Of a stretch of 61,524 bases of DNA, positions 41,506 to 51,143 are shown one piece after another. Every line of letters begins with the position of its first letter. Within the stretch, counting starts at the first letter, position 1. The stretch comes from Pyrinomonadaceae bacterium (GTDB lineage: Bacteria > Acidobacteriota > Blastocatellia > Pyrinomonadales > Pyrinomonadaceae). Both the position numbers and the translations under genes were made by a program. The notes beneath the pieces are model-generated. The model did not search any database. It had not been told where the DNA came from and saw only the letters and a program-made list of their open reading frames with translations. The stretch spans positions 1 through 61,524 of the forward strand of contig DATENQ010000564.1 of the NCBI GenBank assembly GCA_035275005.1. The letters are read 5' to 3'.

Positions 41506-42159
41506 TTATGTGGCGCGGAGCCAGCCCTGGCGGAGTGCGTAGCGGACCATTTCGACGCGGCTCTTGAGGTCGAGCTTCTGCATTATGTTTGCTTTGTGAG
41601 TTTCGACTGTCTTAACGCTGATTCGAAGATAAGCGGCCACCTCTTTGTTGGTGTATCCCCAGGCGACAAGTCGCAATACTTCTACCTCGCGCTCGCTTAA
41701 GTCGTTGCCCTGCGGCCTGCCTCCGAGCCGGCGATTATTCAGGTATCCACCGACAACCTTGCCCGCCAGCGATGGATCGAGGTAAACACCGCCGGCAGCC
41801 ACTACCCTAATCGCGTTGATCAACTCTTCAGCCGCGGCTTTTTTGAGCACATAACCGGAGGCGCCTACTTCGAGCAACTGTCGTAGATAGCCGTTATCGT
41901 CGTGAGCAGTCAGAACAAGCACCGTAGCCTTCTGGCCCATTCGCTTAAGGCGCTCCGTTACCTGAATGCCATTCAGGTCAGGCATTGAGATATCGAGGAT
42001 GATCACGTCCGGCTGCAGGTCCCTGACTTTTTGCAGGGTCAGCCGCCCGTTGTCAGCCTCGCCAATAACGTCCATGTCTGCCTGCGCGTTGACCAGCGAC
42101 TTCAATCCTTCGCGCATGACAGTATGGTCATCGGCTAAGAAAATGCGGAGCGAGTTCAT
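41506..42159 (-). CDS. NarL/LuxR-family response regulator
   Basis: REC domain (IFLADDHTVMREGL..DVIILDISMPDLNG..LTAHDD) plus LuxR HTH (LSEREVEVLRLVAWGYTNKEVAAYLRISVKTVETHKANIMQKL). Start taken at MNSLRIF (42159). The track start at 42258 adds a non-REC extension. Confidence 0.85.
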   Translation of the reverse strand: MNSLRIFLADDHTVMREGLKSLVNAQADMDVIGEADNGRLTLQKVRDLQPDVIILDISMPDLNGIQVTERLKRMGQKATVLVLTAHDDNGYLRQLLEVGASGYVLKKAAAEELINAIRVVAAGGVYLDPSLAGKVVGGYLNNRRLGGRPQGNDLSEREVEVLRLVAWGYTNKEVAAYLRISVKTVETHKANIMQKLDLKSRVEMVRYALRQGWLRAT

Positions 42160-43909
42160 AGGCAAAGGCTTTCTGTGGCACGGATGCGGAAGCTGGAATA
42201 CGAATGGCCAGCGTCGTGCCGCAATCAGGTTCGGATTCGATATTGAACTTGCCGCCAACCAGAGCGACGCGTTCGTTTATGCCGACAAGCCCCAGTCCAC
42301 CGTTAACCTTCAGGGGAACTTCAGGCTGGAACCCACGACCATTGTCTTCCACAATCACCAGCAGCTCGTCATACCGGTACTCCAGCATCACACTGACACG
42401 CGTCGCCTGTGCATGCTTTAAAACGTTCGTAAGCGCTTCCTGCACGATTCGGAAAACAGCCGTCTCAACGGGCGGCGGAAGTCGAAGCTTATTCAAGCCG
42501 CTGTGAAAATCGAGTGTGATTGAGTTTCGCTCTGACCACTTTTCCACGTAGTTCGAGATCGCAGTCTCCAGTCCCAGATCATCGAGCGCTGCCGGGCGCA
42601 GTTCCCAGGCGAGATGATGAGCTTCTTCTACCAGCCGCTCCGTCAACTTTTGCAACTGCAGCAGACTCTTGTGCAGCGAGGTTGATCCATTGCCTGTCGA
42701 ATTGTTCAGCGTCTTGAGGCCGAGGAGCAGCGCCGTAAGTTGCTGGCCCGTTTGATCGTGTAGCTCACGAGAGATACGACGCCGCTCCTCTTCCTGTGCC
42801 GTAACAAGACGCCGGAGTAGCTCCAGGCGTGCTGCTTCGGATTCCTTATGCTTGCTGATTTCGGTCTGTAAGTTTTCATTCACTCTCGATAGCTCGCTGG
42901 TTCGTTCTTCAACTCGTTGCTCGAGATCGTTATAGGCATCGCGTAGTGCTTCCTCCGCTTGTCTTCGTTTCCAGTCCGAACGGTGAAGGGCAATAGAGTT
43001 GCGCCAGATTAACCCCGTGAGCACGAGAATGCTGGCCACTACACACAGTGGAACCGCGAAAGCCATGTCGTACAAACCTGCACGCGCGCCAAAGATGATC
43101 AAGCCGCCGGCCACGATCGGGATCGCGATGCTTGCCGGTAAAAGACGCCGCACCATCATCCCGCCAGCCGTGTCACTTAAGACAAACGACATTAACTGCT
43201 GTTCCGGATGAATGAAGAGTATTCCGAGACTGAGAGCGATGAAGATCAGCGCCGTGTGCAAAGCCATTCCGGTGTGCACACTGATGCTGTAAAGAAAAGC
43301 AACGTCATAGATATAGCCGACCAAAGCCAACGAGGCGATCAGTGCGGCCGCAAGCGCCAGTCGCTGGGCCAGGTGATAAGCACCGCCGGTTCTTCTGGAT
43401 AACAGCAAAGCGCTACCTATTAGCACAAGATCTATTGCTGTATGAGGAGAAGGACGCCCGGGAAAGAATTGATCACTGCTTGCCAGTTGATGCCTGAAGA
43501 TAAACTTATCGAGGCCAAGGTCGAACCTGCCGATATATTCGCTGATTATTAGCAGTGCGATCAGAATGACGGCGAGCGCACAAAGACCTGACACAACAGC
43601 CCTGCTCTTCAACATCCCGAGAGACATGCTGGCAAGTATAAAAGTGACGGCGGTCAGCGGAACCATCTGTGGTTGCCCGGGAAGGATGCTTTGAAGAATC
43701 GGAACATCAAAGGTCCAACCCAGCAACACCAGGCTCGAAATAACAACCCCTAAGCCGCTCACCGCCTTCGGAACGAATGCGAATGAGGCGAGGAAGTGAA
43801 TCTGTGGTTCGGGGAGACTTTGTCGCATCTCAGATAAGGAATTTGGTTCAGCATTAGGCGGCTTGAAGTCAGAACGTTTATATCCCTTTTTCTTTAAGAT
43901 ACTTTTCAA
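42128..43909 (-). CDS. membrane sensor histidine kinase (HisKA_3/NarX type)
   Basis: Multi-TM N-half, coiled coil, H-box RRISRELHDQTGQQLTAL, HATPase VEDNGRGF..GGLGLVGINERVALVGG..GTTLAIRIP. M28 (43828) is an alternative start. Confidence 0.85.
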   Translation of the reverse strand: MKSILKKKGYKRSDFKPPNAEPNSLSEMRQSLPEPQIHFLASFAFVPKAVSGLGVVISSLVLLGWTFDVPILQSILPGQPQMVPLTAVTFILASMSLGMLKSRAVVSGLCALAVILIALLIISEYIGRFDLGLDKFIFRHQLASSDQFFPGRPSPHTAIDLVLIGSALLLSRRTGGAYHLAQRLALAAALIASLALVGYIYDVAFLYSISVHTGMALHTALIFIALSLGILFIHPEQQLMSFVLSDTAGGMMVRRLLPASIAIPIVAGGLIIFGARAGLYDMAFAVPLCVVASILVLTGLIWRNSIALHRSDWKRRQAEEALRDAYNDLEQRVEERTSELSRVNENLQTEISKHKESEAARLELLRRLVTAQEEERRRISRELHDQTGQQLTALLLGLKTLNNSTGNGSTSLHKSLLQLQKLTERLVEEAHHLAWELRPAALDDLGLETAISNYVEKWSERNSITLDFHSGLNKLRLPPPVETAVFRIVQEALTNVLKHAQATRVSVMLEYRYDELLVIVEDNGRGFQPEVPLKVNGGLGLVGINERVALVGGKFNIESEPDCGTTLAIRIPASASVPQKAFAYELAPHFLSR

Positions 43910-44426
43910 TTACGGTTGACAAATCTTTCTGATCCTCTCCCTCATGACAGTAAATGATCTCGCCATCCAGTCCGACGATATAAACCACGGGCAAGGTTGT
44001 CACTTTGTATGCTTGTGTTATCTGTTCTCCGTTGAGAAGCAACTCATAGCTATAGCCCTTCTGCTTCATCAGCGCGACTGCGTCGCCATTTTCCCAGGAA
44101 TTGACGCCAAAGACGACAACTCCTTTATCGGCAAATTTTTGATGTAGTTTCTGCATGCGCGGCATCACTGCCGCGCATGGGATGCACCAGGTCGCCCAGA
44201 AATCCATAACCACAATCTTGCCGCGATATGACGAAAGAGAGTGCGTCTTACCTTCTGCGCCGGGCAACCGCCAGTCGGGAGCTGTCTGGCCGACTGGCAG
44301 TAGGTTCATAACCTGCTTCTGCCGAGGCTTCGGTGATGGGCCAATGATAATCGGGCCTTGGGCCAACACCTTTTCAGAGCTACACAAAACCAGAAGCAGA
44401 ATCAAAGTCCAGATGAATCGCCCCAT
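43878..44426 (-). CDS. TlpA-like thioredoxin-fold redoxin (secreted)
   Basis: Signal peptide ILLLVLCSSEKVLAQG; FWATWCIPC. Confidence 0.85.
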   Translation of the reverse strand: MGRFIWTLILLLVLCSSEKVLAQGPIIIGPSPKPRQKQVMNLLPVGQTAPDWRLPGAEGKTHSLSSYRGKIVVMDFWATWCIPCAAVMPRMQKLHQKFADKGVVVFGVNSWENGDAVALMKQKGYSYELLLNGEQITQAYKVTTLPVVYIVGLDGEIIYCHEGEDQKDLSTVIEKYLKEKGI

Positions 44427-44448
44427 TTTGTTGACCTTTCACTCAAAA

Positions 44449-45444
44449 CTAGAAACGGCGCGTGTAGCCGAACAGAATCATGTAATCAGCAAAAGCCGCG
44501 TCGCCTCCAGGACTGCCGACCAGGATGTCTGAAACACTTCGCTTGCGATTACGCCCAGCCGCTATGGGCACTGTTACCGACCACGTATCTTTGTATCTGA
44601 AATACTGCACGCCGGGCTCGATCGCCATGCCGTAGCCAGGTCGCCGGAAACCATTGCTCTTGCCGATTAAATCCCGTACCGGCACGCCCTCGATGCGCCA
44701 ACCGATGGTGTAAGCCCATTGCCGCGTTTTGGGTACCGGACGCGCGATGCCAACGCGAGCCAGATACTGATCGGCAATCGACATGATCGCCTCGGAAGGA
44801 CGGTTGCGCCCGGTCGGCACTCCATTAGTATCTTGTGGATTAATCAGGTAGGCTGCTGAACCATACACAGTCGTTTTGCCAAACCTCTTATATCCCTGGA
44901 TGTCCAACGGAATGCCCCAACCGCCATCTCCTAATTGAATCGATTGGTCCACTACCTGTGTAACTGTCCGTCCGGTCAGGCTTGGCCCTGGCACGGTATC
45001 AGTAACATCGGGTTTTCCCGTAGGGAATTTGATACCGATTCCAAAGGATATATTGCGCGGTGACTCGCTCGGCCCCTTGAACAACCACGTTCGGCCCACT
45101 ACTACGAGGTCGCCAAATCCGAAGCTATGGAAGATCTGCGGAGACGTGCCACGCCTTCGCGTCGCTATCAGAACAGGCACTGCTGCTGTGAGATTGAAGC
45201 GGCGATTGAAGTTGTAAGTGAGCGCCACATCATGGAGGTAGATGTTATTGACTACCTCGGTTCCCTGTTCCTCACGTTGGGTTTGCTCTTCAGTGCCTAC
45301 AAAGTGGCGATGGGAGCGTTGTTTGCGGAGGCCAATAGAGAGCTGCCATCGCTCTTTGCCGAAAAGGCCTCCATCCTTTGAATGGGCATCATCGCTGCCG
45401 GCGCATCGCACGCCAATCACGGGCGCGCTTTGTCGTGCGGCCAC
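44449..45444 (-). CDS. outer-membrane beta-barrel protein, body downstream of an in-frame TGA
   Basis: Strand-rich with alternating hydrophobicity and a C-terminus ..ILFGYTRRF ending in Phe. The ORF itself has no signal peptide; one is encoded in frame just upstream of the TGA at 45445-45447. Confidence 0.6.
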   Translation of the reverse strand: MAARQSAPVIGVRCAGSDDAHSKDGGLFGKERWQLSIGLRKQRSHRHFVGTEEQTQREEQGTEVVNNIYLHDVALTYNFNRRFNLTAAVPVLIATRRRGTSPQIFHSFGFGDLVVVGRTWLFKGPSESPRNISFGIGIKFPTGKPDVTDTVPGPSLTGRTVTQVVDQSIQLGDGGWGIPLDIQGYKRFGKTTVYGSAAYLINPQDTNGVPTGRNRPSEAIMSIADQYLARVGIARPVPKTRQWAYTIGWRIEGVPVRDLIGKSNGFRRPGYGMAIEPGVQYFRYKDTWSVTVPIAAGRNRKRSVSDILVGSPGGDAAFADYMILFGYTRRF

Positions 45445-45447
45445 TCA
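45408..45447 (-). other. in-frame UGA (45447-45445) plus 7-bp hairpin at +20..+40
   Basis: Minus strand reads TGA GTG GCC GCA CGA CAA AGC GCG CCC GTG ATT GGC GTG C. GCGCGCC pairs with GGCGUGC (one G-U pair), loop CGUGAUU. Confidence 0.3.
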
Positions 45448-45546
45448 ACCCTGGGCCCAGGCGTGATGGTTGGGTAAGAGTCCGCCGAAAAATGTTAGCG
45501 TGCCAAGCAGTATCAATCGATTGAAAGAGTGTTTGAACTTCTTCAT
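45445..45546 (-). CDS. signal-peptide-encoding leader of the OM barrel gene, ending at the in-frame TGA
   Basis: GGGAG RBS lies 6 nt upstream of ATG at 45546. MKKFKHSFNRLILLGTLTFFGGLLPNHHAWAQG, then TGA, then directly the 44449..45444 frame. Confidence 0.55.
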   Translation of the reverse strand: MKKFKHSFNRLILLGTLTFFGGLLPNHHAWAQG

Positions 45547-45561
45547 TTTTGTCTCCCTTCT

Positions 45562-48500
45562 CTAGAACGACAGTCTCACTCCCAGCTGGATCTCACGGCC
45601 GGGTGTAGCAGCTTCCGTGATCGTTCCAAACTGTGGTGTGTTGACAAAGCGATTAGGCGTGCCAAGGTTCGAGTGATTCAGCGCGTTGAAAGCCTCTGCC
45701 CGCAGCTGGAACTTGACCTGCTCAGTGATAGAAAACTCCCGTTGCAATGCGAGATCGAGAGTTTGCCTGCCTGGTCCATACACTGTGTTTCGTCCCACAT
45801 TGCCGAAAGTGAAAGCCGCGGGTGTCGTAAATGCCGCCGGATTGAACCACTGATCCGCTGTTTTTGTGCCTGGACCAAAAACCGGCGCGCCCGTGTAGTT
45901 GGCGCGGATTGGATTCTCCCCGAGCAGTGTTCCCGCATTTGCAGTGTCGCCGAATACTGAAATCGTAAACGGGAATCCGCTTTGCAACTGGTAGATGGCA
46001 GCGAGGCTCCAGTCCTTCGTGAGTTTGTTTACGAAACCACTGCGACGCAATGACGGCAAACCATAAACCATACTCAGCGCGAAGCGATGACGAATGTCAC
46101 ACGCAGGTCCCTTTTCCCTGGACAGATTTGAATTATCCTGCGGAGCTGCCGACTCAAACATCGGCGAGCGAAAGTCAGGAGCGTCACTGAGATTCTTCGC
46201 GTATGTATAGTTCGCAAGGAATGTCCAATTGTGAGCAAAACGGCGCCGCACGTTGACGTAACCGGCCTGATACCAACTCTGCGCGGAGTTCTCCAGCAGG
46301 TTGATGCCGCTCACGGGGAACGTCGTGTTAACAACTGCTGTGTCCGGTGGCAGAACCATCCCCGGCAGGAAACTCAAAGTCCTGAACGGCCGGCGTGGAC
46401 CAATGGCACCGGGTCCTGGCGGTGCATTGTTAATGAGATGAGAACGTTGCAGGTGTACTCCATGAGAACCGAGATACCCTAATTCCAGCGTAGTCTCCGC
46501 GCCCAAACTCTTCTCGACCGAGCCGCTCCACTGTTGAATGTACTGCGGCTGTGGGTTGAGCTCGAAGGCTGCAAAACTAACAGTCGTGGCGCCCAGCACT
46601 GCCGGCGCGAAATTGAAATGACTTGCAAGAATGCCCGCGGCTGGAATGAAGTTGTCGCTCTGCTGTGTTTCGGGAAATACATACGGAACGTTGTGACGCT
46701 GGTTACACCACGTGTTCATATCAACTGGTGTAAAGAAAATCCCAAACGCTGCGTGCAGAACGAGGCCGTGCTTGTGCAAGTTGTGTGAGATTCCCACGCG
46801 AGGAGCAAAATTGGTTTTATTCGAGTTGCTCAAGCCTTCGGGGAATCCCTGCTGCCCACCAATAAACACCGAAGGAACACCGTTGTTGAAGACAAGATTC
46901 GTGTTCGTGTAACGAATGTCGACCAATGGACTCATGTACTCGTAACGCAATCCGATTTGAATCGTCGTATTACGAGTAATCTGGAAGCTGTCCTGAATAA
47001 ACGCGTCGGCATACCACTGCCGCAGTTGCATCTGCGGAATTCCAGCCTGGCGTTGTTTAACTGCCGGAAGCCCCAACAGGAAACTCGCCAGCGCGGAGCC
47101 AGTGCCGTCGTTCGTTGCTGTTTCAGTGGTGAACCCACTTGTGAACTGGTAATAACCACGGTTTTGAAAGAACCCCCACATGGGCCAAATGAAGTAGCGA
47201 TAGCTGCCGCCTAATTTCAAACTATGACGGCCGAGCTGCCAGCTCATCGAATCTCGCGCTTCCAGAATGGTGTTCCACATGTGCGTGGGCGTAGCGATAT
47301 AGCTGTCGCCCATTCCCGAGTAGCCCTGGACGTTGAACCATGGCGCGCCCCACGCACCCTCACCGCCGAAACCGACACCCGTTATTCCCAGCTCGGAAAC
47401 GATGTCGTTCGTGAAGCTGTTTTCAGATGTGCGATGCATCGCCAATCGCGAGAATGTAATGCTCGCAATGTTTACCATCGTGGGACTGATGAGCCTGGTC
47501 CAACTGACGGTGCCGTTCTGAGACAGGTTGTCGTGCAGCGCGCCAAAACCGCGCAGGTTTTGCGGCATGAAACCTTTTTCACTGCTGAATGAGTAGCGTG
47601 CGAGGAAATGGTCGCCCCTTTCAAAAGTTTGATCGACGCGGATTGTGGCCTGATCGGTTTGATGATGCGCGTTACCAACGTCGAGAAAGTTGTTGCAGTC
47701 CATGCCGGCGCCGGTGACCGTGGGTATCCCCATCATTGTCATACCGCAGCCCATCATTCCCATCTCCATGTTGGGCCGCGGAATGTATTTGGATAAGAAC
47801 AACTTTGCCTTGGGATCGATCATTTGCTGCGGGATAACGTTCCCCGGAAATGGATCGCGGATAATCTGCGGATTGATCGGGCTGATAGGTTTTGTCGGGT
47901 CGAAGTTTGGATTAGGTCGTGAGCTGAAAGGGTTAAAGATCGTGGCGCCACTCATGCTGAAGTCGCCGTTGAGCTCATCCTCGGTGGGCACCGTTTCAAT
48001 CATCGTGTCTGACTTCGTATGCCGCAATCCTTCGTAGTTAAAGAAAAAGAAAAGTTTGTTGCGAATGATTGGTCCACCCAGTGAGCCGCCGAAATTATTT
48101 CGCACGAGATGATTCCCTGTATCCATTTCGGTGAACGTGCGCGCGTCGAATACGTCGTTGCGCAAAAACTCATAGCCCGTGCCGTGAAAGTCGTTCGAAC
48201 CGGTTCGAGTAACGATATTGATTTGACCACCGCCTGCTCCGCCCATTTCGGCGTTGTAACTTCCAGTCTGAACTTTGAATTCCTGCACGGTGTCGGGAGA
48301 GGGACTGAGATTGAGCGTATTGAACGTTGGGTCGGTGTTGGTGGCGCCGTCCAACAGGAAGTAATTCGCGTTTGGCCTGTTGCCACCAATGCTGACTGCT
48401 GATCGCTGCCCTGGCCGCCAGTACAACGGACTCATATCACCAGTCTGTGCTCCGTGACTTTCGTGCGATCCGGGCGTGGTGAGTACCAGGTCAATTAGCA

Positions 48501-48957
48501 TGCGCCCGTTGAGAGGAAGATTGCGAATCGCGGTTGGCTCCACTACCTCTCCGACGCTGGCGTCGCTGGTCCGCAGCACCGCGGCCTGGTTTTCAACCTG
48601 GACCACGCCACTCACAGAAGAAACGTTGAGCGTTACGTCGCACTTCATCTGTTGTCCGACTTCCAGGCTTAACGTCTGGGCCCACATTGCAAAACCGGTG
48701 GCTTCAGCCGTCAGCTTGTACTCACCCGGCAGCAGACCCGTAATTTGATACATGCCGTGCTCGTTGCTAACTACCTGCCGCGTCGCCTCTGTGCTCACTG
48801 AAATCAAACGCAACGAGGCACCTGGAACCACCTGTTGTTGCGGATCGAAAACGGTGCCGTTCAGGCCCGCATAGTTACTCTGGCCCAGGCAAACGAGCGG
48901 GGCGAGAAGGGAAAGCGTTGCGAAGCACAGAATCCTGGTGATGAGTAGTTGCTTCAT
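45562..48957 (-). CDS. TonB-dependent receptor with N-terminal carboxypeptidase-regulatory-like domain
   Basis: GGAG RBS upstream of ATG at 48957. Signal peptide ..LLAPLVCLGQ. CarboxypepD_reg-like GTVFDPQQQVVPGASLRL..GMYQITGLLPGEYKL. Very long beta-rich body ending ..QLGVRLSF. Confidence 0.85.
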   Translation of the reverse strand: MKQLLITRILCFATLSLLAPLVCLGQSNYAGLNGTVFDPQQQVVPGASLRLISVSTEATRQVVSNEHGMYQITGLLPGEYKLTAEATGFAMWAQTLSLEVGQQMKCDVTLNVSSVSGVVQVENQAAVLRTSDASVGEVVEPTAIRNLPLNGRMLIDLVLTTPGSHESHGAQTGDMSPLYWRPGQRSAVSIGGNRPNANYFLLDGATNTDPTFNTLNLSPSPDTVQEFKVQTGSYNAEMGGAGGGQINIVTRTGSNDFHGTGYEFLRNDVFDARTFTEMDTGNHLVRNNFGGSLGGPIIRNKLFFFFNYEGLRHTKSDTMIETVPTEDELNGDFSMSGATIFNPFSSRPNPNFDPTKPISPINPQIIRDPFPGNVIPQQMIDPKAKLFLSKYIPRPNMEMGMMGCGMTMMGIPTVTGAGMDCNNFLDVGNAHHQTDQATIRVDQTFERGDHFLARYSFSSEKGFMPQNLRGFGALHDNLSQNGTVSWTRLISPTMVNIASITFSRLAMHRTSENSFTNDIVSELGITGVGFGGEGAWGAPWFNVQGYSGMGDSYIATPTHMWNTILEARDSMSWQLGRHSLKLGGSYRYFIWPMWGFFQNRGYYQFTSGFTTETATNDGTGSALASFLLGLPAVKQRQAGIPQMQLRQWYADAFIQDSFQITRNTTIQIGLRYEYMSPLVDIRYTNTNLVFNNGVPSVFIGGQQGFPEGLSNSNKTNFAPRVGISHNLHKHGLVLHAAFGIFFTPVDMNTWCNQRHNVPYVFPETQQSDNFIPAAGILASHFNFAPAVLGATTVSFAAFELNPQPQYIQQWSGSVEKSLGAETTLELGYLGSHGVHLQRSHLINNAPPGPGAIGPRRPFRTLSFLPGMVLPPDTAVVNTTFPVSGINLLENSAQSWYQAGYVNVRRRFAHNWTFLANYTYAKNLSDAPDFRSPMFESAAPQDNSNLSREKGPACDIRHRFALSMVYGLPSLRRSGFVNKLTKDWSLAAIYQLQSGFPFTISVFGDTANAGTLLGENPIRANYTGAPVFGPGTKTADQWFNPAAFTTPAAFTFGNVGRNTVYGPGRQTLDLALQREFSITEQVKFQLRAEAFNALNHSNLGTPNRFVNTPQFGTITEAATPGREIQLGVRLSF

Positions 48958-49010
48958 AATTGATCTCCGACGATCTTTAATTCCGGACGCTTTGCGAAAA
49001 GTCATTTATG

Positions 49011-49235
49011 GCGTGTATCGTTCCGGCTCCGCCGCCGGATGTGAGATACCGTCTTAAAAATCAAGACCCGATTCTGAAACTTGACTCCATCTACCTCGGC
49101 TTTGCCGCCTGATGTGAGGCGAGGCTCTGCCTCGCCGTCGATTTTGAAAATTTCAGCTTCGGGCTGCCCAAACGCATTTAGGAATACTGGACGGCGAGGC
49201 ATAGGCTCGCCTCACATCAGGCGGCGAAGCCGCAA
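49011..49235. repeat. cluster of three copies of a ~35-nt element (two in one orientation, one inverted) forming nested palindromes
   Basis: Core cctcacatc(a/c)ggcggc(g/a)a(a/g)gcc lies at about 49020-49045 (rev), 49097-49125 (rev) and 49205-49235 (fwd). Internal hairpin ggcgaggc-tct-gcctcgcc at 49116-49136. Confidence 0.6.
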
Positions 49236-49255
49236 CGATACGCGCGTTAAATCCT

Positions 49256-49275
49256 TTACGCCTGCTTCGCAGGCT
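49256..49275 (-). terminator. short hairpin element ttacGCCTGCttcGCAGGCt just downstream of the peroxidase gene
   Basis: 6-bp GC stem. A near-identical copy sits at 52137..52156, also directly after a stop codon. No clear U-tract, so terminator function is uncertain. Confidence 0.3.
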
Positions 49276-49280
49276 GAGAG

Positions 49281-50888
49281 TTACAAAACGCGCATGAAGG
49301 CGACGAGGTCTTTCTTCTCGTCCTGCGCCAGTTTTAATTGAAAGACCAGATTGAAGAACTCGACGGTGTCCTCCAGGGTCGGCAAACGGCCGTCGTGGAA
49401 GTACGGTGGAGAATCTTTGATACCGCGCAGCGAGAAAGTTTTTACCCACCCTTCAGCACGCCCATGATAGAAGTCCTCGAGCCGTAGATCGTGCATTTGG
49501 TTGTCGGTGTAATAAGGAGCCGCGTGGCAAGCGCTGCAATTTGCCTTGCCGAAGAAGAGTTTCTCGCCTCTTATTTCGGACTCCGTTGCTTTAGCAGGAA
49601 TCAAACGGCCGTATCGATCGAGCTTGGGCGCCGGCGGGAAGCCGATGATGGCATTGAAGTCACCCATCACGTTAGTGGTGCCTTTGTTGAATTCGCGTCC
49701 ACCAATCTGTTGGGCCAGACCAATGTCTCCATCAAAGTATTCTTCGACTTCAGCAAAGTGATCGACAGAACGAATCGAACGGCGCAGGCTATACATCAGG
49801 AAAGTGTTATTTCCTCGCAGTGTGGGCGTATCAAGTCGGACCCGCGCCAGTGTCGGACGCGTTCCGGGATCCATTTCAATAGCTGCGTTAGTATGTCCGT
49901 TGACGTGACAATCGAAACAGGCAATGCCTTGCGACGGAAGCTTCGTGAGCCGGTGCTTGGTCTGATTAAACCAACTGGTGTTTGATTTGATAACGAGCTT
50001 TTCAAGACCCTTCAATTGTTCCGGCGTGATAATACCATTGAACAACCGGTAGAAATTTGCCTCCGTGATCTCCTCACCGCGTGACACGTCGCCCAGGTCG
50101 GGTCGCGTAGTGAGAAAAAGCGGCGGAGGAAATTCCGGCAGATAGGCTGTCGGAATATCAAAGTCGACGTCGAAACGAGTGTTTTCAGGATGTGACGCTA
50201 ACCACGTCTGCGAAAACAGCATGTGACCAGTCGACTGGAGCGGGTGCGACAAAGGACGAAAGCCTTCGGGGAAGAGATCCCGCTTGAAGATTTCTTCCGG
50301 AGTCAGATTCGCCAGTTCTTCCCAACTCGTTATCTTTTCAGGCAACTTTGCAACTGGACCAACGGGGAGCGGCTTTCCTCTCGTCATGGTGACTGTCGCG
50401 TCAGTCTTGCCGGTGAACACGTAACGAGTATCCAGGTACGCTTTCCAACGAGCCATCACTGCCGGCTTTTGCTCGCTCAGTCTCAGGTAAAACTCATTGA
50501 AATTTCCTACATCGTCGATCGATGCAAACGACGATTTCGCAGGACCACCACCATACAGGTACAACTTAACAGGTGGGATGTCTCCTGGCCGGAGATCCGG
50601 AAACGGCAGCAGCTTCTTACGTTGATCCTGGGGATACTCTCGATCCCAATCCTCGTCGTAAGCAGCAGGGCTTTTCACCGTCAGCTCCAACTCTTCCGGT
50701 AGCGGTGCTGAAGACTTTTTCGGAGCAGGAGCGGTAGCACCCTTTTTCGCGTGATCATCCTGCTTTGTTTGCTGCGCTGAGCTACTGACGAGCCACGATC
50801 CGGGTCCAAAGGAAGATCCGACTAAAAGGGCGGCAAGAAAAAACAAGAAGACGCTAAAGCTGAACAGGCAACGTAATCGTTTGTCCAT
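49281..50888 (-). CDS. di-haem cytochrome c peroxidase-like protein
   Basis: Signal peptide/TM (FSVFLFFLAALLVGSSFG) and two CxxCH motifs (CFDCH, CSACH) spaced as in the CCP/MauG family. Confidence 0.7.
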   Translation of the reverse strand: MDKRLRCLFSFSVFLFFLAALLVGSSFGPGSWLVSSSAQQTKQDDHAKKGATAPAPKKSSAPLPEELELTVKSPAAYDEDWDREYPQDQRKKLLPFPDLRPGDIPPVKLYLYGGGPAKSSFASIDDVGNFNEFYLRLSEQKPAVMARWKAYLDTRYVFTGKTDATVTMTRGKPLPVGPVAKLPEKITSWEELANLTPEEIFKRDLFPEGFRPLSHPLQSTGHMLFSQTWLASHPENTRFDVDFDIPTAYLPEFPPPLFLTTRPDLGDVSRGEEITEANFYRLFNGIITPEQLKGLEKLVIKSNTSWFNQTKHRLTKLPSQGIACFDCHVNGHTNAAIEMDPGTRPTLARVRLDTPTLRGNNTFLMYSLRRSIRSVDHFAEVEEYFDGDIGLAQQIGGREFNKGTTNVMGDFNAIIGFPPAPKLDRYGRLIPAKATESEIRGEKLFFGKANCSACHAAPYYTDNQMHDLRLEDFYHGRAEGWVKTFSLRGIKDSPPYFHDGRLPTLEDTVEFFNLVFQLKLAQDEKKDLVAFMRVL

Positions 50889-51143
50889 TGTTCCTCCTGA
50901 TGGGAAGGGGCAGATTCCCGCGGACGATTGTCGATTCGGGTGAGAGAGTCTTTCTACAACCGCTATGCCAAATGAAACTTCCGATTTCTTAACGCAAGCT
51001 GGTCAGCAGCGTCGTGCAGGTAGGCTTATGTTGTCCTACATGATCATCAGGAAAGGACGAATTAGCGGAGATGAAAGTGGATGAAAGACGTTAGAAGCTA
51101 GAGAAAACAGGGTGGACAACTTTGTCCATGGTCATTGATATAA

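Noticed and set aside
42128-42159. A 32-nt overlap between the histidine kinase 3' end and the response-regulator start might signal a frameshift or fusion.
   Set aside because: Both proteins are complete: the HATPase domain ends ..GTTLAIRIP and the REC domain begins MNSLRIFLADDH. Overlaps of this size occur in two-component operons.
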